From assembly GCA_965644295.1 (NCBI GenBank), contig CBFFRP010000077.1, positions 62,001 through 126,000 of the forward strand: DNA of 64,000 bases, read 5' to 3'. A program made the translations under genes and the position numbers. This document shows positions 49,927-60,503 of the stretch, piece after piece. Origin of the DNA: Paraphysomonas bandaiensis. Lineage: Eukaryota; Protista; Chrysophyceae. Position 1 is the stretch's first letter, and every line of letters begins with the position of its first letter. The notes under the pieces are model-generated. The model did no database searches. It saw nothing but the letters and a program-made list of their open reading frames with translations, and was not told where the DNA came from.

Positions 49927-51485
49927 TTAAACGCCAACGAATTCTTCCTCTTCTTCTCTGAAATTGGACCCTGCTGTATTGGAATTCGAAGCATTGGCAA
50001 ATGTCTCATCGCACTTGTCATCAGCGCAAACGTCATCTCCAGTCACCGCTGTGGTATTTTCACCAGATAAGGATGGAAACGCTGTTGAAAACGGAAGCCC
50101 ATTCTCGGAACTTATTCCTTTGAGATATGGAATTAAATCCCCCCAAGCCTTTTCAGCCTTTCGATTAAACTGAATCTAGAAATTTATGCATAAAATCCAC
50201 AGCCTGTAAGTTGGTAAATACGTACTTGAAGATTTACATAGTTAAGCAGAATGAGCTTCATGTCTTCAGCCTTTTCTCTCTTAAATCGATCAAACTCTTC
50301 TAAAAGTCTCTCAGAAACTTCTTCGTACTCTACACGAGCTGACTCCACGTTCGACTGTGACTTCTCCACCAAGGCTAATTTCGCGTTTGCGACATCTTCT
50401 TTCCCAGGAACACCACGAACCTTGCTAAAAGAGGACTGCTTCGACTCCAGGTCAAGAATAGCGTTCACATACATAGCTTTCTTCTCTTGACGACGCTTCA
50501 TAGCCATTTTCACAGATGCAAGCATGCGAACATATTCCTCAAGTGGTTCTTCCAGCATCACACACTCTGACTCTGCATTCTCTGTAGCAAGAACAGAGAG
50601 TTGATCAGCAGTGTTCCCCATCTATATTATATCAACACATAGATGTTAGAGTAGACAATATACATTTCATCGTACAAAACCTGTGTGAGTGCTGCTCCAA
50701 GTGCATCTCCTTCACTTTGTCCGAGCCATGTAAAGGCTTGTCCGAACTCGAAAAGAGCATTGGCCAACGCTCTATTCTGTTTAACGAGATTAGATGTGTG
50801 TTTAGATACACTTTCCATTTGATTTTCTAACTGAGAAACATACTGTAATATCTCTTCAAACTTCAAATCTGCTGCATTCTTCTCGAGCCCACCCTGGAAA
50901 TATATATAAAATCATAGTGTTTCGGGTTATATTCGACATTAGTTACTTGCGAATTGGTGGCTGTAAGAGCATTTACTTTAGTTTCAAACCAACTAGCAAG
51001 AGTTCCAGACACTTTCTCTCTTTCTAATCGGAATTCTTCCTTTGATTGTGAAAAAGCGACATCGTCAGCTTGTAGGAAAGCCTGTAAACATTCAGCGTCT
51101 TTCAAAGTGGTGTGCTTCGTAACGCGACTCATGAACTTTTCCAGAGCACGCCGTCTACATTCCACGAATTCGGTCGAAAATCTCCCAACTGCTTGTTTTT
51201 CTGGCAACGGAGGAACGATAGCGCCAGGATAAGAAAAGTTCAGTTGATCATGAAGCCATACGAAGTCACTAAATCTTCTAAGCACAGAAAATTCAGAAAA
51301 TTGAAATTTTGAATGATTGGTTGTAGTGTTCACTTTATATCTGTCAAAACAAAAATTAACACAGCAACTATTCTGGGATTAGCATACATCATATAGCTTC
51401 CGAAGCTGTCACTCTGCTTCAATGGGTCTGTAATTGTAACACGAATAAACACTGCAGGTTCATCCAACTGATTGAATTCAGACAT
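49927..51485 (-). CDS. Sorting nexin, PX-BAR (SNX1/2, Vps5-like), ~5 exons
   Basis: VTITDPLK, SVLRRFSDFVWL, PGAIVPPLPEK, EFVECRRRALEKF, EPLEEYVRML and EFDRFKREK. Confidence 0.93.
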
Positions 51486-51948
51486 ACTGATATGAGACGC
51501 ACACAGAATATATAATTTGGCAGTATATGATGCTTTAATAACTGCTATCACAGAAGCATTATATATTGAATGAGCCAAAGCGTGTGTGTATGTGTATTTA
51601 CTTCACTCCACAAAAATCTACATATCAGATCTGGACCTCTACGCATGCAAGATCACAAGATATACTCTGTATTCTTGTGTAGTTCACGCCTAAGAATACA
51701 GTACCGTGTTACAGGAAGGGAGAGTCTTATAACTGATATCTGGTATACATACCTACTGTATACCTATACCTACTCCACACTTTAATATGGAATCCTACTC
51801 TGCAGGCACACACATATCCACTATGTAGCGTTATATATCACCATAGCATATGGGAAGAACCCCAACAAAACTTAAAATGAGAATCACTTAAACCCTCTTT
51901 CGACATCCCAAAGAAGAACTTGTTAGGCAACGATAAAAGCTTGTAAGA

Positions 51949-54075
51949 ATGCGGCCTTGTGTTTTGGATGACAAACTTGATGCTGAACAACATAATGATT
52001 ACGCTTCTTCTGATTCAGGAAACTTATATTCCTCAATTCCCTTACACAATATTTCACTTAAGAATGCTCTTTTACTACATAAAACCGGTAGAGTCAAAAT
52101 TCCTTCACGGCATAAAAATCGTTCGCCATCAAAGACAGACAGATTAAGGTCAGAAGTGAAATCTAACTGCACGAAATTCCCGGATTTGAAATTAAAAAGC
52201 GGCAGCGAGACGGGCACATCTTCTCAGAGTTCGGATGATATATACCGAAAATATAGAGTTGCAATCAAACAAACTGAAGATTACATTAAGAGTATCCATG
52301 ACACATCGGAAGATCGAATTCATAGTAAGCATATGGATTTGTCAATGACATGTAACGTAGAGGATTGTGCGGATGAAAAAAGCGAGGCTCATACCACGAT
52401 AAAACGTAAATACGTGATGCAAGTCGATTGTGCAGTTGAAAATAAGCAGCAATATAGCGCGCTCGTGCAATATCATCGCGCCAAAATAAGTCACCTGCTC
52501 CCAGATTGGGTTAAGAAAATCAGTGCTGCCATTACAGTAATCCGAGGTCAGGGGCACAATGATGCCCTCCAGTGGCGGTCTGCAGCGAAAGGGTTGTTGA
52601 AAGAAGCGCTAGTGCGTAGTGATGATGACTGTGGTGCTCATGATAGCCGGGTTGCCCTGAGGCGGCTGATAGTGACCGTGAATGCACATAAAGCCCAGAG
52701 GTTAATCACCAAGCTCATTAACATACAAGAAAATTATATCAAAAGCCTTGACAGTTCCTCGTCTCTTGGACAGCATTGCCGACAACTCAATGCTATGCTA
52801 AATGAGCGAAATGGAGACCCAGTACCGCTAAGTCACACAAATTGGAGTGTGGACTTACAAAAGGTCAGCAAGGCAACAATGCCTTTGGATATGTCACCAA
52901 AGGAATCGACCTTGAATTTATTTACCGACCCCAATACTGCGGAATGTAGTGATACTGATCGTAGTAATATTAATGCACCACTAGATGATGCGTCATGTCG
53001 GCGAGCAGCTAATAGTGTTACAACGATGAATACCAACTCTGCTTCTGCGGACACAAAAAAAACACCCAGGTTTGCTGTTACGGATGGACTTGTACTTTCA
53101 CGATCATTGCAGAGTGGAAATACTTACAGCCTAGTAGCAAAGCAATTGCGAGAAGCTGCTACTGATGGTCGGCTGAGAGATGCTTGGAATATTTTCAATG
53201 CAGTTTACGGCGAATTTATCGTTCAAAATGGGGACAAGGCATTTTTGAAAAGGACTCTTAGAATCCCTCCCAGTCTTGTAGAGTTTAAAGTGTTAGTGTG
53301 TGCATATAAAAACTCGTCGTCTGATAGTTTTGATGATGTTAAAAATATTTTCGAAGCTATGGGTCGTGCAAGAGTGGTACCAGATGTATCTATATTTAAT
53401 ATGGTGCTAAAGGCCTGTGAAATGCGATGCGCTTGGCGGCGAGCAATACAAGTCATTGGATATATGCAAGAGAAATATGATATTACGCCCAATACACATT
53501 CTTATACATTATTAATTGATTGCTGTCGACATGCAGTCGATACCCCTGCTGTTGTGTATGAAACCCTGCGGAATAAAGGCTTTCCTCATGAGTACGTTCA
53601 AAGCTTGTACTATCGCCATATGTTCACGTTGTTACGATAGGTTATGCTATCAAGCAGCTGCATGTAATGCAGGAAACCGGGTATCAAATGTAGCCGCACT
53701 GCATGCATTCAATGACGCTCTTGATGATTACCATCGTGGTTCGTTGGAATCGTCATCTAAATGCTTTTCAAGCAGTAACAGCTATCCTGATATTGAATCG
53801 GATGGGGCAAACAGCAGGATTTGGGACTGTTTCAACAATAGAATGAGGCAAACGTTGCAACCACGATCGCCGGCAAAGCATTTAACAGGTTTTTATTTTA
53901 GAGTATATGACTTAATTAGTTCATAGTTGGTGCAGGGACGTCGCACTGTAGTTTCAATGAGCACATTTCTCGTACTGTCATTCCAATACACCAACGTAGT
54001 TCCTGTAGCAGTCTATTACCGGGAATCGCTCTGGAGGGATCAGACATATTTGATGAACATTTTTTTGACGTTTAG
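51949..54075 (+). CDS. Pentatricopeptide-repeat (PPR)-containing protein
   Basis: PPR-like units PSLVEFKVLVCAY, PDVSIFNMVLKACE..WRRAIQVIGYM and TPNTHSYTLLIDCC. The 3' exons are inferred from GT-AG sites. Confidence 0.75.
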
Positions 54076-54430
54076 GTAACGATGGCCCTCTTGGTGCTGT
54101 TTAAGTTCTTATTTATATCTATTACTTTGGTTTTTGATAAGTTTGAGAGTTGAAAACTACTCACATAAGCAATGTTTTAGGTTCTTGAATCTATGCAGTT
54201 TTGTATGTTTATCATGATATGTGCGGTGCTACTTAGGAATTCTAATATACATACTCACCAGGGATAGGGAAAATATATTGCAATACTATTGTTAGATAGC
54301 GTTCCATTAATATTATTAATGGAGTTTTTAAACCGGCCCTACAATGATACTATTGCAATATATTGCCATATATTATTATGACTAGTCAGTAAGTAAATAC
54401 ATCCGTAGTTTTTAGTACTTGTCATTATAT

Positions 54431-56820
54431 CAGGGATAGGGAACAATATATTGCAATACTATTGTTAGGTAGCGTTCCATCAATAGTATTGATGGATTTT
54501 TTAAACCGGCCCTACAATACTATTGCAATATATTGCAATATATTGTACAATATATTGCAATATATTAGTATGACTAATCAGTAAGTAAACACATCCGTAG
54601 TTTTCATTTTTAGTACTTGCCATATTTTATAAGGTCTAAGGTCACTTGATAATCAAACCCACTACTCTTAACTAATTAAAAGTTTCCTCATACTCATCCT
54701 CTGAGCCATCATCGGTGACATCATCATCACCATATTCATTCAATATTGATTGAAATATGCTTGCATCCGGCCACAACTGTCGGTTAGCTTTCAGAAACAA
54801 CAGCATATTAAGTGTAGTAGGATGCATACGTTTGCGCAACACTGATATAATCAGTTTTGCTGCGCTGAACAGGCGTTCACACGTATTGGAAGTACATACT
54901 ACATGACTCGTGCACCTGTACTTAGATATTTCAACTTTTCGCTTCTTAAGTTTTTGAGCTGATTGAAGAATTTTTTCCGCATAGCCAACTTCAGCTTCAT
55001 CATCCTCTGTATTGTTGCAATAATCACTGTCTGAACGGAGATATATTCTAACAGCATCTTTCTCAGATCTTGTCAAGTCCAATTCTTCGCCTGCTTGGAA
55101 TTTTGCAATTCCATTCTCGAAATTCGGATCATTAACAATGGGACTGTTTTTCTGTAAAGCAGATAGTGGATACTTTGGCCTAAAGTCCCTCAATAAGCCA
55201 TCAAATATGTTCCGGCATTCATAAAGATTCACTTGACTTGATCCTCCAGTTTGAAGCAATTTCGAGACGCTTTCAAACTTCCTCAGGTCGTCTACAAGGG
55301 CGATTATTTCGGTATTCTGTCGAGGAGTAGGAATCATATCAGTAACTGCAAGCGGTAAGTCTTCAATTTTTAATACATGATCTTTTATACGCATCCACTT
55401 TACGAGAACCTGAAACATAGAAGACCATCTTGTGACATTTACCCTTTCTGGTAGCAGACTGGTTTGGCCACGTAGCAATGCAGCATTCTTAATCTGCTTC
55501 AACTTCCCCATTAGTAGGTCTACTTTGCGAATAAGAGGCCTAATGCCTTCGTCAGATCTTGTCACATCTCCTTGGTTATTCCTCTTCTCTTTGCTGCCAA
55601 TGAGTTCATTGACAGCGAGATTTAGTCGGTGAGATGCACATCCAACTAGGGGTACACCTAATATATATTATAACATTCGACAATTTCACACAAGTAATAC
55701 GGTGTTACCAGAATCAGTAGCCAATTTTCTGTTTGTAGCACAGTTATCTCCAAGATAAAACTCAACAATGTCGCAAACATTGTCAGCGTTAACCTCAACT
55801 CCAAATTTATTGAGAACTTCTACGATAGTATCAAACCAATCCGCAGCAGTGAATCCGTAGAATTTCTCTTCATCAGGTAGATCTTCATCGAAAACAGTGT
55901 TGTCATCAATATCCTCTTGCACATTACAAGACAACAATAACAAATTCGGAGTATTGGTTCGGTCGCAAAAGGTTGCAAATATTGCACTGTAGTGGTGGGA
56001 GTCCGACGTCCAACCGTCCATGACTAGACCAAATGTTGGTGGTAATATATCTTTAATCATATCACGTAGCTTCAGTTCCAACAGTCTCATATATTTTTTC
56101 AGTGTTTTTGTAGTTATCTTACCCAAAGAAGTCTTATTTCTAGTTAATTTCTTCTCACAGAAATTTAATGGAAGATTTTCCTCGACAATCCACTCCACCC
56201 ACTCATAAATTGTTTTCGCCTTGTCTGAAGGCTGCAGAACAAAAGCATCCATGGGACCATTGGTGCAGACAGCCCGTAAATACCTCTTCAATGTCTCCTC
56301 CCACACATCATGAGAGAAAGTGTGATCCTTTAGATTGTTGTATCCATTCCGAATATTCTGTTGTCGTTTACGTCCGCAGATTTTACACTCGTGTTTGTTC
56401 GGGACACCTTCGACCGGACTCCAAAAACAGCGGTAAATGTCCCTACTCTTGTATGCACTCATCATTCAGTTGTCTCTTCTTGTCACTATAGGATATATAT
56501 ACTATATTAAGAGAAGTACTGTACATACATGTGGAGAGGTGTAGAGTGCTGTTTGAGCTGGCGATACATAAAAAATAGAAAATAACATCAAAAATAGGCT
56601 TTTTTTCTTATTTTCCGGATATTTGTATACAGAGGCGTATATTTTGCACCATACAGTTGAGGATCTTCTCTTATATGACTATCATAATATTGATTGCAAT
56701 ATATTGCAATAGTATTGTGAGCTCTATTAACAGAAACACTATTGATGGAATATTTGACCAGTCCACCAATCAATATATTTTACAATATATTGCAATACAA
56801 TATATTGTTCCCTATCCCTG
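54431..56820 (-). mobile_element. Autonomous-type hAT DNA transposon (2390 bp)
   Basis: Perfect 23-bp TIRs, perfect 8-bp TSD CATTATAT (54423-54430, 56821-56828), and subterminal ATTGCAATAT repeats. Confidence 0.97.
54672..56465 (-). CDS. hAT transposase, ~580 aa, 2 exons (intron 55658-55708)
   Basis: BED-type finger CKIC..HTFSH; DGWTS, GDNCATN, GCASHRLNL (made continuous by splicing), TRWSS and CERLFS. No stops after splicing. Confidence 0.95.
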
Positions 56821-56828
56821 CATTATAT

Positions 56829-59299
56829 ATATATTGAAGGTCTTTTTATTTAGCAATAGGCGTTAAAAACTCGTTCCGATATAGTGGCTAGTTGAATGCT
56901 AGATCTACTAGTTAGACCTCTACCCATAACTAATCAGCACAAATTCTATTATCCTACTATTTAGCGCTACAGAAGCTGCTTGTGCGTCGCCGCAAGCACC
57001 AAGGTGCAACCACTTCCGTTCTTAAATGTTGTGTGTGAGTTCGCCCTGCTCGTGTGTCTGAGGACTCACTGGCGCGTGTTGTCCGGGGGTCTCCCCTTGG
57101 GATAAGGTTCCACCTGGCTCTGAGGTACAGGGTTCTGTATTAAGGTCCTGAGTGTACCGAGCACTAGATGTGTGTACTGAGAGGTTGATGGTGTGGTGGA
57201 ATGTGGCGGTGTCGCCATGCACCGTCCGGGCGTTGGGCATAGGTGGAGTTGCCGGAGACGTCGTCGCCGTTGTCTAGGGCCTGTTGGTTTCATACGGTCC
57301 GGTGCTATGGTCCTTTGTGTATGGTTGGTAGGGTTCATAGGTGCGGTGGGCGGTGTTCCAGTCTCGGTTCGTCTGTGGATTCCTAGTAATCTTAGCACCC
57401 TTGGGCGTTTCCGTTTCTGTCTGTGTTTTGGACGCGGCCGCGGTAGTAGCCTTGGGGGACCTTTCTGTAGGGTAACGTATCTTCTACTTCGATCTTGGAT
57501 CATTAGCTTTGCTGCAGCGAAAAGCGGTAGAAGTAATTTGATGATCGCTGATTCGATGCTGCGCAGTCCTTGGGATGTCAGTGACTCATGGATGTGATCT
57601 CCAAAAACCATTTCAAGCTGTGTAGTTGTGATGGTACCCGTCCAGAAACTCTCCACCTGTGGCACGGAAGGGTTCCAGGCCCTGCTGGAGAGCCGCTGGA
57701 GTACAGTGGTGGTCCATTGGGGTAGTTCCGGATTTCTCATTTCTTCTAGAAGTGCGTTTTTGTGGCTGTGAAATGCAGACTCCCTTATCTGCGTTATGTT
57801 GTCATTTGTACAGTCTAGACACATATGCTTGAGTGAGTCTAGTCTAAATCCGCAGTCAGAACATGCGGCTTTAGCCATGTCGAGTCCGTGTTTGGTTTTC
57901 GCCCGGTTTCTTCCTATGCTGAAGGATTTGTCCCATGTCAGTGCTGCATTGAGTACTCGCTGGCGCAGGTGGGAACTCACTTTGTCCTTTGATGGTCCAC
58001 CATCTGCTTGCGCCAGTTTGCGCGGAAGTAGTGCTCCGCTGTCTTTCCAGTATCCAGGAGCCCGGTCAGGATTGTGACCGTAGCGTTGGTCTCGGAGAGC
58101 TGTGTAGGCCTCCAGCGTCCGTTGATTACGGAGGGATTGGAAATCCGTGAGCAGGGGGCTGGTGCGATACGGCCGTCGTTCCCCAGTTAGACGCCAGTGC
58201 CATAAACCCTCGGTGAGTATTCTCTCAATGGCTTGGTCCACTTCTATGTTACAGACAGTGTAATTTTGTCGTCCGAGTAGTCTATCTACCTCAAGCCAGT
58301 CCTCTCCTGCTACTGCGTCGGCAATGTAAATTCCTTTGTCTTCATATGTCCATTCAGACTCATCAGAGGTACGTCGTTCGGGGTGTGATCGGACCCATGC
58401 TACTGTCCTTGTACAATCGTTGTTTGCTGCAATGCTTTCGAGCAGTACACCTTTGGCACGATGCCCCAGTGCCCGACGTCTGGTGGAAAGTGCTTTGTGT
58501 GTGCGTATGCAGACGGCCTTATAGTCCGTGTTTATCGGTATGTGTGATGGGAGTCGCGCAGACAGTATAAGCGCCACTGCTGCTCCCATGAGCTCGTATG
58601 CATACGGGCCAAGTCCAGGTACGTCGCTGAAGGGTGTCTTAATCGCAGTATTTTTGTCGTACCAGTCTTCCATTCATCCTCCGGGGGGAGCCAGACTGCC
58701 GCCGCTCCTCCATAATGTGCCCATCTTGTGCGTGGGTGTACATGCGAAATGCGGCGCGGGGATAGGGCTGTAGGCGTGTATGAGCCGTCCGTGAAGATTG
58801 CCTTATAGGTATCCGCGTTTACATCATCCAGTCCTAATGTGCGGATAATGTTGGTCAGGGTGTTGGTATCTTGAGGTTCCGGAATGTCGGGTTGGTGGAG
58901 TGTGATGCCAACCTCCGTACCCCATTCCCGTAGGCTTAAGGCAAAGTGGTGGTAGTTTGGGTACGGAGCGGTAGTCTGTGTTAGAAGAAAGTCCGCTGCG
59001 TCACCGGCATCCCCGCCTAGGATTATGGCGCGTTGTAGGGAGCCCCATTTTTGTTCTTGAGCGGAATCTAAGAAGCGTTTCATTCCAAGTCCATTATGCC
59101 TGAGAGAGAGGTAGATCATTCCGTGGGGTATCCAGGACTCAGGCTTAGTGCTTTCCTGTAAAGGGTTGCGCAGGTGGAATCGATGTCCTTGTAATATTGT
59201 AGGGGCCAAGAAGCCTTGGTGGCCTTGTAAAGTAGAGTGGGGATGATTTGGGTCTCTATAACCATGACTTTGCAACCCGCTGAGGCGTGCTTGATCCCA
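56829..59299 (-). mobile_element. 5'-truncated non-LTR retrotransposon (post-RT region, RNase H, CCHC finger, 3' UTR, (TA)n end)
   Basis: ORFs 58532-59275 and 57066-58673 (frameshift near 58680): IYLSLRHNGLG, AIFTDGS, YELMGA, NTDYKA, WVRSH..ADAVA and CSDC..HMCLDC. 14-bp TSD TACTTGTCATTATA at 54416-54429 and 59300-59313. Confidence 0.93.
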
Positions 59300-60180
59300 T
59301 ACTTGTCATTATAAGGTCTAAAGTCACTTGATAATCAAACCCACTACTCTTAACTAATTAAAAGTTTCTTCATACTCATCCTCTGAGCCATCATCGGTGA
59401 CATCATCACCATATTCATCCAATATTAATTGAAATATGCTTGCATCCGGCCACAACTGTCGGTTAGCTTTCAGAAACAACGGCATATTAAGTGTAGTAGG
59501 ATGCATACGTTTGCGCAACACTGATGTAATCAGTTTAGATGCGCTGAACAGGCGTTCACATGTATTGTCATTCTCTGTATTGTTGCAATAATCACTGTCT
59601 GAACGGAGATTTATATACATGGACTAATATTTTTTACCCTACAGTTAAGAAGCTTTCTGTATATGACTATCATAATATTGATTGCAATATATTGCAATAT
59701 ATTGTGAGCTACTTTAACAGAAACAATATTGATGGAATACTTGACCAGTCCACCAATCAATATATTGTACAATGTATTGCAATACAATATATTGTTCCCG
59801 ATATCCCTGCTACTTACATGTGACAACATCGGGTGGGTTACGGTCTATTGTTGTGTGTTGAGAGTGATGTGGGTGATATAGCAATAAGTGTAAGTGCATA
59901 CAATGCAATGTTAATACAATGATGACAAGTAGTAAGGCATAGTGAGTGTGGGGTACATGCAATCATATATGTAATAATAATATCTCTGTCTTTAAAATAG
60001 ACCAACTCTCCTGTATGATTGCCACTTAACCATACCTTTCACCAGCTAATTCAACAACCAGCAGCATGTGGCATGAAAGAACTATGAGCTCATGTATTCT
60101 CATTGAGGTTATGATCATATCACAGCCTGCGTTCCTCTTGTTACTACTAGAAGTATCGTATCGTATCCTTTATGTGAAGC

Positions 60181-60388
60181 TATGTATGTATGTATGTATG
60201 TATGTATGTATGTATGTATGTATGTATGTATGTATGTATGTATGTATGTATGTATGTATGTATGTATGTATGTATGTATGTATGTATGTATGTATGTATG
60301 TATGTATGTATGTATGTATGTATGTATGTATGTATGTATGTATGTATGTATGTATGTATGTATGTATGTATGTATGTATGTATGTATG

Positions 60389-60418
<30 letters not shown>
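60181..60418. repeat. Pure (TATG)n microsatellite, ~238 bp
   Basis: Directly visible; ends ~85 bp upstream of the ATG at 60504. Confidence 0.99.
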
Positions 60419-60421
<3 letters not shown>

Positions 60422-60503
60422 GTACACAGTCCATATTAGGGCAGTGCGTGATTGGGTGATATTCATTACAGTCACATTGTGCACATCACTCTATCCCCCT
60501 ATC

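Larger units (their letters stand above)
54259..59809 (-). mobile_element. Old internally deleted hAT copy (same family) split by later insertions; its own sequence is 54259-54429 and 59300-59809
   Basis: Decayed TIRs at 54259 and 59809; degenerate TSD ATACTCAC / CTACTTAC; transposase C-terminal remnant at 59354-59620. Confidence 0.88.
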
